Of a stretch of DNA of 64,000 nucleotides, positions 12,986-23,705 are shown in pieces; position 1 is the stretch's first letter; each line of letters begins with the position of its first letter. A program made the position numbers and the translations under genes. The stretch comes from Octopus vulgaris (lineage: Eukaryota). The notes under the pieces were generated by a model. It ran no database searches and had not been told where the DNA came from. It was given only the letters and a program-made list of their open reading frames with translations. The stretch covers positions 107,942,001-108,006,000 of the forward strand of contig OX597814.1 in assembly GCA_951406725.2 (NCBI GenBank), given 5' to 3'.

Positions 12986-13359
12986 TTGTGAATATTATTT
13001 GGCTGTGTATATGGTTGCTGAGAAAGACTCTGCAACATGCTATTTCATGAATGATGTTGTTTAGCCCCGGGTCAGGTCGCGATTGAGTAGATATAGGATC
13101 AAAGAATTCCAGCCGTGATCATCCAGTTTCTTTTTATTTAGATATAAAGCATAATCGCTGGTCGGGCCACCATATTTCGTTATGCAACCACGATATACTC
13201 CCAAGTCTATGAAAGACTTATAAATCTTTACTGTATCCCATATGTGTTAGAAATTCGATTCAATCACTTTTTTTAAGTGTTCCTCTACAGATTTTTCTAC
13301 AGAATTTAGAGGCAGTATTGAAAATTATGACGTTTTGTATACGAATACATCTATGTAAA

Positions 13360-13465
13360 CAATGCGATCGAACATGAAAAATTAGGTAATGGGTGTATAT
13401 ACAGGTTTCGGGAGTTTTTGCTCCCTTCTTCAGCATTACATCCAACCCATTAATTGCCTGGAATG
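13360..13465 (-). mobile_element. Inverted, diverged copy of the 114-bp hammerhead unit
   Basis: Minus strand taatgggttggatgtaatg-CTGAAGA-a-gggag caaaaa ctccc-GAAA-cctg-TA-tatacacccattac. Confidence 0.75.
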
Positions 13466-13533
13466 TGTTTAATATGTAAAACTGACATATCCAATTGTGT
13501 TACACCACTAAACTTAGTGGTTCATTTAAGCAA

Positions 13534-13924
13534 CGAGTTTCGTGGATGATTAATGGGTTGGATGTGGCACTGACGAAGGATCAAGAACTCCTGAAATATG
13601 TATATACTCCTCCATTACCTATTTTTGTATATTCGATCGCATTGTTTCGAGTTTCGTGGATGTTTAATGGGTTGGATATGGCACTGATGAAGGATCAAGA
13701 ACCCTTGAAATATGTATATACCCCTCCATTACCTATTTTTGTATATTCGTTCGCATTGTTTCGAGTTTCGTGGATGTTTAATGGGTTGGATGTGGCATTG
13801 ATGAAGGATCAAGAACTGAAATATGTATATACATGTATATATATGTATATACAAGAACTGAAATATGTATATACCCCTCCATTACCTATTTTTCTATCTT
13901 CGATCGCATTGTTTCAAGTTTCGT
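13534..13924 (+). repeat. Tandem array of 114-bp units, each with a hammerhead-like core (retrozyme/PLE-LTR-like)
   Basis: Units start at 13534, 13648 and 13762; cores CTGACGA (13570) and CTGATGA (13684) followed by agga...tcct-GAAA-tatg-TA; third unit is degenerate. Confidence 0.85.
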
Positions 13925-14085
13925 ACGACGGGCTTCTTTCAGTTTCCGTCTACCAAATCCACTCACAAGGCTTTGGTCGGCCCGAGGCTATAGTAGAAGA
14001 CACTTGCCCAAGGTGCCACGCAGTGGAGCTGAACTCGGAACCATGTGGCTGGTAAGCAAGCTACTTACCACACAGCCACTCCTAT
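13922..14085 (-). mobile_element. SINE family B head and CORE part
   Basis: Near-identical to 12425-12592. Confidence 0.85.
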
Positions 14086-14574
14086 GCTTTCGGTGCAAAT
14101 GGTTTTGTTATACGACGCCGTATTTTACAATCCTGCAAATAATAATAATGGTATTTTTATATAAGCTTAAAGCTTATGGAGATCACTGTGCAAATAACTA
14201 AGGGAAATAGTCTAATAAAGGGGCATATAAGCCCTCGACAGAAAAAAAGAAGGCTTTCCCATCCGCGTGTGAAGGTTACCTTGTGAGTGGATTTCGTACA
14301 GGGAAATGGAAAGAAACGGAAAGAAGACTGTCATATATGTGTGTATATTTGTGTATGTGTGTGCGTGTTTTCTTTTTGTACCCCCACCATTGCTTGACAA
14401 CTGATGTTGCTGTGTTTACATTCCTGTAACTTAGCGGTTTGGTAAAAGACATTGACAGAATGAGTACAAGGCTTAGAAAGAATAAATCCTGTGGTTGATT
14501 TCTTCGACCAACGACGGTGCTCCAGCATGGCCGCAGTCACATGACTGAAACAAGTAAAGCAATAAAAAATCTAT

Positions 14575-14612
14575 GCCATTTTAATCCTGAGCAAGGCCGG
14601 GTATCTCTGCTA

Positions 14613-14613
<1 letters not shown>
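14575..14613 (+). mobile_element. Helitron 3' terminus remnant
   Basis: gccattttaatcctgagcaaggccgggtatctctgCTAG|t; closely matches 50487-50525. Confidence 0.65.
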
Positions 14614-14665
<52 letters not shown>

Positions 14666-15232
14666 TGCATTAAAATACAGTTATGCAGTCTTTGACAATT
14701 TCTTAACATTTTTTTATCATTGTCAAAGACTGTATCACTGTGTTTTAATACATCTATGATAACCATGTTTTAACATAACAAAGGCTACACATTTTACTTT
14801 TGAAAATCTTTTTTTAAAAAGAAAATGAAACCGGTCAAGTCAATAAACATCTTTAAATGACCTCTGCATTTTAAAAATCCTCTCCCCTCTACACACACAC
14901 ACACACACACGTACATGCATACTGTGTACAAAAATCCAGTGAAATCTCGATGTAAATAACCACTAGCTAAAGCGTAGAAACTGCTTCAGTCATAATAATA
15001 ATAAATAACGACAATAAACTTGGTCTGTTCAGTCACTGCAAACAACGACCACAAACCATGAATGAAACGAAATGGCTGTCCGTTTAAATATATTAACAAC
15101 TATTGAGTGAAATCCAAAACCTAAATGGAGAATGAGCAAGAACTATAACTCTTCATTAACGGCTGTAATTATATGAGCATCAACTGTTGTTGTTATTATA
15201 GTCTTAAAAATAACGATACGTATACATAAAAA

Positions 15233-15266
15233 GTATCTATGGTAACAGTGCTTGCTACATGGTAAC
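15233..15266. promoter_or_regulatory. Candidate RFX X-box plus adjacent half site
   Basis: GTATCT AT GGTAAC fits the 14-bp X-box consensus; a second atggtaac lies 20 bp downstream; located in a TE-free island. Confidence 0.35.
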
Positions 15267-15826
15267 TGTTTGGCACATATATATAACACATGATCAATAA
15301 CAAATCAATTGGTTTATCTTTCCAGTGGGTTCACGTGATTTTCTGTTGGGATATTGTGTAGTTTAGCGTTCCGTTTGTTTTGTACAGAATTTGTCGTTTA
15401 TCTGTTAAAGTTGTTTAAGGGAGGAGAAAAATGTGTTTGGTCATCGTGACGTAGACACCTCAGCCAGTCACAGCGGAATGGATGGATACGCACGCACGCA
15501 CACACACGATAGGAAAGTATACAGCAAAAAACGTATTATACAGTCAATAGTTGAGCAGACTAGATACTTTAAATCTAACGCCGAACGAAGGCAGACAGGA
15601 TCAAAGGAACAAAGAATTAGCTCAACTATTTTAATACTCTTGTATATAACTATTCTATAAATGCTTTGATGCAATTCACTACTGCCTGCCCACCTTATCT
15701 TTATAACGTTCAGAAGGCTATATAGGTGTCATTATCGGTTAGCACAGTTATTTAGTTACGATCGTTTCGATAGCTGGTGGAATTATTTACATCAATCAAC
15801 ATGCTGAATCACGTATACGAAAATTA

Positions 15827-16495
15827 CACTGGTCAATAAAATTTGAACTTTTTGCTGTCCCATGACCTAAAGAAAGTGAAATTTATAATACTTTTAACGC
15901 AGATTTCGAATCTGTTTTTAGAATTTTTCTATCAGACATGGTTTTTATGTGACGGTAATTAAATTATATAATAAATGTACTATATTAATGAAGAAATAAG
16001 GCTGGTCAACAGAATTAATGAAAAACTCTGTCCCACAAACAAAAGTAGGTGAACCCAGTAGAATGTTGTCTGCAGAATTCAAGAGTGTTTTCAGATTCTA
16101 CAAGTCATAGTTTTTCTGTGATAGTATATGTAAATTGTTAAACAATTGTATTTCATGAATTCAAAAACCAGGCTCATATTACAAGGAAACTTGCCTTTAA
16201 AATGTAGAGACGTGATTTTCGACTGTATTTAGCTTCTGGAACGTCCCTTTTAGTCGCCAACATAGAAGAGCTCCACTTTCCTTGGTACTAGGTTTCCTTG
16301 TTGAGAATCTCCTGGTGAAACCTCTTGCCGTGCTCGTCACTGACAGCCCCAAGATTTGCATGGGGAAAAGTTCAAGGGAGAGTTCAAGAAGTGGATTTTT
16401 AGACTCTTATTGCATCCCAAGGCCTTGTATGATGTCAGTAGTTGTTCTGTGATCTCCCAAAACGTTTTGCAAACTTCCTTAAATGACACCAGAGA
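15827..16495 (-). mobile_element. Chapaev3/CMC-like DNA transposon remnant (transposase C-terminus and one CAC-starting end)
   Basis: Minus translation YKALGCNKSLKIHFLNS.LNF-(frameshift)-NLGAVSDEHGKRFHQEI...YQGKWSSSMLA; end reads cactggtcaataaa; superfamily assigned from memory of the motif. Confidence 0.6.
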
Positions 16496-16519
16496 CAAAT
16501 AGAGAATGTGAGAATGGTG

Positions 16520-16567
<48 letters not shown>

Positions 16568-17429
16568 GATGACGACATAGAGGATGGGAGTAAAAGAATA
16601 AGGAGATGGAAAGTGAAAAGAAAAAAGAAGCATAAAAGTTCATAGTTCAACTTTCCTAAGTTGAGTCCCTGTGTGTGTGATTCTAATTTAGATACAAATC
16701 CAGCAATTTTTAGGCCTGGAATGTGAATCGATTCCTTCCATCCTAGTATATGACTGGTACATTATTTTATCGGCCCCGACAGCCAAGTTGGCCTTGGCAG
16801 GGTTTGAACTCAGAACGTAGAGAACTAGGACACCGCGAAGCAAACATCAACCGGATGTCTGTCTGTCCACTCGTACACACTTTCCCTTCTTGTATATAAT
16901 ATTCTCTCTGTAGTGTGGAAAGAAACTTGGAAACAACTGCGTGACCAGGGCCATGTACATAAGCAACAAACGAATAAAGGTATGTTAAATACCATACAAA
17001 AATCTTTCGTTTATTGAAATCATCTTTGCTCTCAGTGAAGTCACAACAACCATTCGATCCCCACTGGTACAAGAGGAGATAATTTCAAGAAACAAGAATT
17101 CTCCAGAATCGACGCACCATTAAGGAAGAAAATGACTGTCTCTTTTACATATATACATACCTATATGTATACATACGCGATAATTACACCGTGGTGTCGA
17201 ATGCAGGCACGTTGGCAGAGAGGACTATTCATTCTCCTGGATAATAAACACTCTTCTCGATAATTTTTGCCATTAATACAAGCATGGTAAGAGATGGTTA
17301 TCTTTGAGTAAATGCGAAGAAAAAAAACAACCTCTTTTGAAAAGATCGTAGCAGTAATCCAACAGTGAAATACAAACCACGTGGAAAGATAACCCTACAT
17401 ACGCTATGGAGACGAAAGAACCCGGACTC

Positions 17430-17585
17430 AGCAATCGCAGAACTATCGAGAAAAATTCCGTTGGACATTCGAACTGAACTGAAACTTATACGAGTTCTAC
17501 AGAAAGGCTAGGGAGGACTTTTCGATAGATTACATGAAGAAACTTAAAGAATATTGGTATCAGAAATGCCCAACATTCTCAATTT
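17430..17585 (+). pseudogene. Possible N-terminal remnant of an R4-like non-LTR ORF
   Basis: REKFRWTFELN*NLYEFYRKAREDFSIDYMKKLKEYWYQKCPTF resembles the W-T..N..Y..Y-K-M...W pattern of R4-type ORF starts. Confidence 0.4.
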
Positions 17586-17594
17586 TAGACATTA

Positions 17595-17987
17595 CTAGCA
17601 GTATCGCCCGGCGTTGCTCGGGTTTTTTTTCGACCCTTTAGAATTGGAATTTTTGAAAAGTAAAAATTTTGCCTTATGTAGCTTGTTATTCTCTTTAAAT
17701 GAACATTTTTCTGGTTGAAATACACCGAAAAATGGCGACACAGTAGTCAAAAAATCGTAAAAAATAGGGATTTTCATAGAAAAAAAGCACCTTTTTTATG
17801 TAAATAATTTTTAGTGTTAACATGGTCCGATTTGAATTTTTTCTTCTACGGAAGAAAGAGCAAGCCTTCTTCTATCATACACTCAATTTTGGTCAACTTG
17901 CGCTGCAGGATCTCGGAGGAAATAGTGTTAGTTGAAGGCTACCAAACCTGCCATACACAGACAACTTCAGCTTTATGTATAGAGAGA
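17595..17987 (-). mobile_element. Complete non-autonomous Helitron
   Basis: Minus strand 5' TCtctctatacataaagctgaag, 3' hairpin cccgagcaacgccggg then CTAG; inserted between A and T without TSD. Confidence 0.85.
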
Positions 17988-18280
17988 TTTGACAGATATT
18001 TGTCCTCACCTGACATAGTGGTTAAGAGCGAGGGCTACTAACCCCAAGATTCTGAGTTCAATTCCAGGCAGTGACCTGAATAATAATAATTATTATTATA
18101 ATAACATTGAAAAATACCTTAGGAATGAGAACCCAGGTTCAAAATTTCCCCAAGACACCTGATGAAGGCTGGAGGGTATATCAGCCGAAACGTTGTGTTA
18201 ACAACAAACCAGATGAGGACAAATATCCGCCAAATGTAAATAAGGTACATAATTCCTCATCTCTTAAATATAGAACTGTA
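17988..18280 (+). mobile_element. tRNA-headed SINE family D with hammerhead tail and short inverted 5' piece
   Basis: A/B boxes at 18012-18065, (TAA)n linker, hammerhead at 18154-18199; 17988-18013 is the reverse complement of 18210-18235. Confidence 0.85.
18154..18199 (+). ncRNA. Minimal type I hammerhead ribozyme motif
   Basis: gacac-CTGATGA-a-ggctg gagggtatat cagcc-GAAA-cg-TT-gtgtt; palindromic AACGTT in place of stem III. Confidence 0.75.
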
Positions 18281-18711
18281 TTCTCAATTTTTTTCTCTCA
18301 CACACATGCATACATCCATGCAAGCTACCTTGGTACACTACTACAGCCTGTTACTATCTCCCTATCCGCTGACCCACCCATCAATCTAAATGGCTGATTT
18401 ATGATCATTGAAAGTTCAGTAGGTTTTCTGCATGACTTGTCATTCATTCCTTCACTGAATCTCTCTCACTCTACTCACCGCACCCGCTCAGCTCTTGTCT
18501 TGAAGAGGCCAAGGAATGTAACTTAGTGTCTACAACTTTCCGTTTAACAAACTGTGAGGCTTAACATATAAAGATACTATAAGAAAAATCATGGAGGGTT
18601 TAGCTTTGTTTATTTTCCATTTCTTGTCGTTCCGTAATCCTCCATTTCAGTGGTTCTCAACCAGAGTCCATATAAAATTTTGTTAAAATTTATCTGCAAT
18701 ATGGGCGCAGG

Positions 18712-18860
18712 AGTGGATGTGTGGTAAGTAGCCTGCTTACCAACCACCTGGTTCCATGTTCAGTCCCACTGCGTGGCACCATGGGCCACTATAGCCTCGG
18801 GCTGACCTAAGCCTTGTGAGTGGATTTAGTAGATGGAAACTGAAAGAAGCCCGTCGTATA
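18712..18860 (+). mobile_element. SINE family B head
   Basis: gggcgcaggagtggatgtgtggtaag...gaagcccgtcg. Confidence 0.85.
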
Positions 18861-18863
18861 TAC

Positions 18864-18915
<52 letters not shown>

Positions 18916-18947
18916 TTTATTTAAAAGCAGCAGAAATTCAACTAAAC

Positions 18948-18985
18948 CTGTTACTCGGAGTTTCACGTTCCCGTTCGTCGATGTA
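18948..18985 (-). ncRNA. Degenerate hammerhead motif next to (TA)n
   Basis: Minus strand tcGACGA-acg ggaa cgt-GAAA-ctccgag-TA-acag; first core bases and stem I are damaged. Confidence 0.45.
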
Positions 18986-19507
18986 AGAATAGGTCGTTTA
19001 TAAAGCTTGAAACGCGTGTACCGCGATATCCTTTGTGTTCTGTTTTTGATTTCATTTGATACATATACCCTCTCGCCTCTGCTACTAGCTGGCGAATACA
19101 GGTCCGACTTTGCCTTTCATTCTTTCGAGGTCGATAAATTAAGTACCAGTTATGCACTGAGTCGATGTAATCGACTGGTCCCCTCCCCGCAAATTTCAGG
19201 CCTCGTGCCTATAGTAGAAACTACTACTACTACTACTGTTATTGTCATTGTTGTTTATTATTAAAATTTCCAGATTGGGATGGATGGGTGGGTGGGGGGT
19301 TCGATAGTAACGAATGTTCTTGTTTTTGCGTGAAGTCAGCTTGTTTACTAAAACGGCGAGCAAAACAGCCTGCACTAGATTTCGAAAAGGTGTCTACAAT
19401 CTGTTTATGATGAGTAAAAATAAGGAATTTCATTCTTGCATTCTTTCATACCTGCGCATATACACATTTGCGTTTGTGCGTACATCATATCTCTATATCT
19501 ATGTGTA

Positions 19508-19541
<34 letters not shown>

Positions 19542-19633
19542 CACATATATATGCACACACACACGGCAGCTGATAATCCGCTTACATAATCCCAGCGTTT
19601 TTATTCTAACACTACGTATTAGTGAAATTATGA

Positions 19634-19730
19634 GCTTCTTCTTCTTCTTCCTCCTCCTCTTCTTCTTCTCTTTCTTCTTCTTCTTCTTATTATTATTCTT
19701 CCTTCTTTTTCTTCTTTGTCTTTTCTTCTC
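19634..19730. repeat. (CTT)n-rich polypyrimidine tract
   Basis: Direct reading. Confidence 0.9.
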
Positions 19731-20013
19731 CCCCCCCGCAACCAACCACGAAATTCGGAGCACGTGCTGGTGTGTTTTGTAAGTGAAGCTGTACAAAGAA
19801 AATCGATAGTTAACAATACGTTGCCGTGTGTGCTTATACGTGTGTGTGTGTGTGAGTATATATATGTTTATATATTGTGCGAGTATATATATATATATAT
19901 ATATGCATACTTAGTGTGTGTGTGTATATCTAAAATGCGAAAATTGTGTGTGTACTTCTGTATTCGGTACACTCGCCTACACTGGCAGAAAACAAAGCAA
20001 ATAGGAATAGAAC

Positions 20014-20020
20014 ACGCGCG

Positions 20021-20092
<72 letters not shown>
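20014..20092. repeat. (CG)n(CA)n alternating purine-pyrimidine tract
   Basis: Direct reading. Confidence 0.95.
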
Positions 20093-20096
<4 letters not shown>

Positions 20097-20394
20097 CGTT
20101 AGTCCCATTTCGTCTCAATATTGGTCTTGTATCGAAGGCTGACTCGGCTAAAAGTGCAAAGTTCAGATACCTGAAATCAGCAACAATACGATGCAACATA
20201 GATGCACACACACGCACGATGTTTATAGAAACTTTAATATACACAGTGGTCCATGCTGGAGCATCGATAGCATGGTTATATATATATATATGAATAACCT
20301 CACTCTTTGGAATTTGTTTCCTCATAACTTTCTGAAAATGTATCTAAATGAAAAATTCTGCATTTTCGATGGGGGTAATTACGATGTTTTACGT

Positions 20395-20742
20395 TTTACT
20401 TGTTGCTGCCATTAGACTGTGGCCATGCTGGGGGACCGTCTTGAAGAATTTAGGGTTGAATGAATCAGACCCAATGCATACTCGAGCCAGGTACTTATTC
20501 TATCGGTGTCTTGCACCGAATCGCTATGTTGCGGGGACGTAAACACACCAACAGCTGTTGTTAAGCTGTGTTGGGAGACACACACACACTCATATACTCG
20601 ACGGGTTTCTTTCAGTTTCCGTCTACCAAATCTACCTCAAAGGCATTGGTCGGCCCTTCCATGATGTCACGCAGTGGGACTAAACCCAGAATCCTGTGGT
20701 TGGGAAGCAAACCTATAACGGCACAGCCACGCCTGCGCCTAT
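20395..20742 (-). mobile_element. SINE family B, diverged
   Basis: Tail, (CA)n and head modules in order. Confidence 0.8.
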
Positions 20743-20894
20743 AAATAGGTAATAGGTGTAGATACATATTTCCAGAGTGATTGTCCCTTCTTCGGTATCA
20801 AATCCAACTAATAACTTTTTCCTCATAACTCTGTGAAAAATATAGTTAAATAAAATTGTGCAGGAACGCATTTTCGACTGTGATGATGATGAAA

Positions 20895-21290
20895 TGTTCT
20901 ATATTTAAAAGATGAGGAATTATGTACATTATTTACATTTGACGGATATTTGTCCTCATGTTTGTTATTAACATGTTTCGGCTGATATACCGTCCAGCCT
21001 TCATCAGGTGTCTTTGAGAAATTTCGAACCTGGGTTCTCATTCGTAAGCTATTTTTCGATGTTATGGCGTAGTGGTTAAGAGCGCGGGCTACTAACCCCA
21101 AGATTCCGAGTTCGATTACACGCAAGTGACCTGAATAATAACAACAACATTGAAAAGTATCTTAGGAATGAGAACCCAGATTCAAAATTTTCCCAAGACA
21201 CTTGATGAAGGCTGGAGGGTATATCAGCCGAAACGGTGTGTTAACAACAAACAAGATGAGGACAAGTATCCGTCAAATGTAAATAATGTA
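20895..21290 (+). mobile_element. SINE family D with long inverted 5' duplication of its tail
   Basis: 20895-21064 is the reverse complement of the tail; head tggcgtagtggttaagagcgcgggctactaacccc...gagttcgatt starts at 21065. Confidence 0.88.
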
Positions 21291-21354
21291 GATGATGATG
21301 AAATTTACAGAAAAAAAAAAAACACTTTTAAAAACCACCTTTAAAAAGTGCCAA

Positions 21355-21430
21355 AACTATAAAATCCGTTAACTTCAATTGAATTGAAGTTAACGGATTT
21401 TATAGTTAACTCAAGTTGACTTGAGTTAAC
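21355..21430. repeat. Two adjacent perfect palindromes (26-bp and 12-bp arms)
   Basis: aactataaaatccgttaacttcaatt-g-reverse complement; gttaactcaagt-tg-acttgagttaac. Confidence 0.9.
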
Positions 21431-21559
21431 GGGAGTTAATAAGCCCGATAATGATTTCTTAAGTTAACTTATAAGTTAAATCATTAACGAAAATGTTAAT
21501 TTTGTTAATTAACTGATTAACGGATTAATGGTTTGGTATATATATATGTGTGTGTGTGT

Positions 21560-22202
21560 GTTATTTTCTCGGACAAGTCACCCTTTACCTTATTTCCGAC
21601 CACCGGCCGAGTATATCTGTGGGGACAGCCAAAAGAAGCATTTAATCCAGACTGCCTTCTTCCAACTGTTAAACATGGAGGAGGGTCTGTGATGATCATA
21701 AGGGTTATATCTCGGAAATCTGCCGGCACGATGGTTTCCCTTCATGGCAGAATTAATAGTCAAGACTATTTAAGCATTTTATCTGATCAAATTCATCCTA
21801 TGGTTGCGGAACTGTTTCCGGAGGTAAACGCAATCTTTCAGGGTGATAATGCACCAATTCACACAGCTAAAGTTGCTACTGAATGGCACGAAGAACATTC
21901 TAGTGAAGCTGAACATCTTATCTGGCCACCACAGTCCCCAGATCTCAATATTATTGAACATTTATGGTGCATTTTAGAAAAGCAAGTAAGGAGTCGATAT
22001 CCTCCACTATCATCACTACAAGAACTGGAGACTGTTTTAGCTGAAGAATGGAGGAAAATTCCTTTGGAAACTATTCAGACTTTGTACGAGTCCATACCTC
22101 GTAGAATTCAAGCTGTAATTACTGTCAAAGGTGGTCCTACCCCATATTAAAATAAATTTGTTTGGAATTTTAAGGTGTTTGCATTATTTTGTCCAACCCC
22201 TG
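21560..22202 (+). mobile_element. 5'-truncated Tc1-like transposon; uninterrupted catalytic domain with DD36E spacing and right TIR
   Basis: IFSD, TVKHGGGSVM, FQGDNAPIH, WPPQSPDLNIIEHLW, KGGPTPY*; ends cattattttgtccaacccctg|TA. Confidence 0.93.
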
Positions 22203-22208
22203 TATATA

Positions 22209-22538
22209 TGTCATTTGACTGCGGCCATGCCTTTAGTCGAGCAAATCGGCCGCAGGACTTATTCTTTGTAAGCCTAGTACTTATTCTAGCAGTCTCTTTT
22301 GCTGAACCGCTAAGTTACGGGGAATGTAAACACACCAGCATCAGTTGTCAAGCGATGTTGGGGGGACAGGCACAGACGCACACACACACACATACATATA
22401 TTCAACGGGCTTCTTTCAGTTTCCGTCTACCAAATCCACTCACAGGGCTTTGCTCGGCTCGAGGCTATAGTAGAAGTGGGAATTGAATGGAACCATGTGG
22501 TTGGTAAGCAAGCTACTTACCACACAGCTACTTCTGCA
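22209..22538 (-). mobile_element. SINE family B
   Basis: Tail and head modules match 12187-12592. Confidence 0.85.
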
Positions 22539-23329
22539 TATATATATATATATATATATATATAATCCGTTCTGTGTGTGTGTGTGTGTGTGTGTATCTT
22601 CTAGGATCTCGGGCATCCTCCATCCGATTGCGCTCAAATTTAATATGTAGATACCGACGGTATTAGGGCGTGTATAAGTCTTGAAAAAAATTACAAAAAT
22701 CGATTCCAGGTAAGAATGCGATCGATAAAACCGTGGGAACGTGCATTTGGACGCGCAAGTACATTAGCTGTTGCCATCGATACTACGCGCACGCGAGAAA
22801 AATGCAGGTGCAGTTTGCGCAAAAAAAAGCCGACTGGCTTGAAATAATGCCACAAAATGCAATATATTTAAAAGACCAAAAAGTAAGATGCAAAAGAGAT
22901 ATTTTCTCAAACTTGGCATGAAGAAAGGAAAGACTATTTGGTTTCTCGAGAAGTTTTTTTTTTGCCTTAACTTCGTTTAACAAAACCAAAAATTTTATTG
23001 AAATAAAGGCATGCTTAATTATTTTTTAAGGAAAAGAACTGTTTTAACTGTGTTTGTGTTCTCCCAGCCTTATCATTACTGGTACTTTAAACTCTTCGGT
23101 TGCATATGTGTGTGAATAAAATCGTTTTTCTTTGGAATAGAAAAAATGTCTATCTTTATTTCTTCTTTTGCTTGTGTCTCAAATTTTGGTTAAATCAGTG
23201 TTTCTCAAAGGGGAGGCCTATGGGACGGTCGAAAAGGTTGTTTTGAGAAAATTTGGTTTTAATGTTCGACAACTCAGCACCGTCCATTGGACGGGGGGCG
23301 TTTTGCTCGTATGTATATGTGTGTGTGTG

Positions 23330-23490
23330 TGTGTGTGTATAAATTTTTTGCGTAATAAGATTAAAAAACTAAGGCTGTGGAGATATTAGAGCGTTTATAG
23401 ATAGAGGGTCTAATATCTATAAATGCTCTAATATCTACACAGCCTTGGTTTTTTAATCTTATTACGCAAAAAATTCTTATATACACACAC
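23330..23490. repeat. Hairpin with ~70-bp arms flanked by (TG)/(CA)
   Basis: ttttttgcgtaataagattaaaaaactaaggctgtg...tatagata and its near reverse complement. Confidence 0.85.
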
Positions 23491-23575
23491 GCTGACATGG
23501 AACCATCGTTGAACCCCTTATTCAGCATTACCTGACACCTCTGAGTCTCAATGACACCATTATCTCGTATTTATA

Positions 23576-23705
23576 ATCAAGGGCCGAGAGATAAGTGACA
23601 ATAAAGTAGGTTCAGTGATGCAAACAGCGAAGTAGAACTGAAAACGCGAGTATATATATATACTCGCGTTTTTTTTATAATTGTCACTGATCTCTCGGCC
23701 CTTGA
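23576..23705. repeat. Inverted repeat (MITE-like)
   Basis: caagggccgagagataagtgacaat / attgtcactgatctctcggcccttg with inner aaaacgcgagtata / tatactcgcgtttt. Confidence 0.7.

Noticed and set aside
13495-14055. 186-aa ORF with 38-aa repeats
   Set aside because: By-product of the 114-bp tandem unit running into an antisense SINE; no protein motif recognised
20090-20170. Minus-strand acceptor ttgctgatttcag followed by an open frame
   Set aside because: No convincing donor before the (TG)n tract and no recognisable protein
21065-21125. Functional tRNA genes (also 7085 and 11051)
   Set aside because: No acceptor stem or poly-T terminator; they continue into SINE bodies
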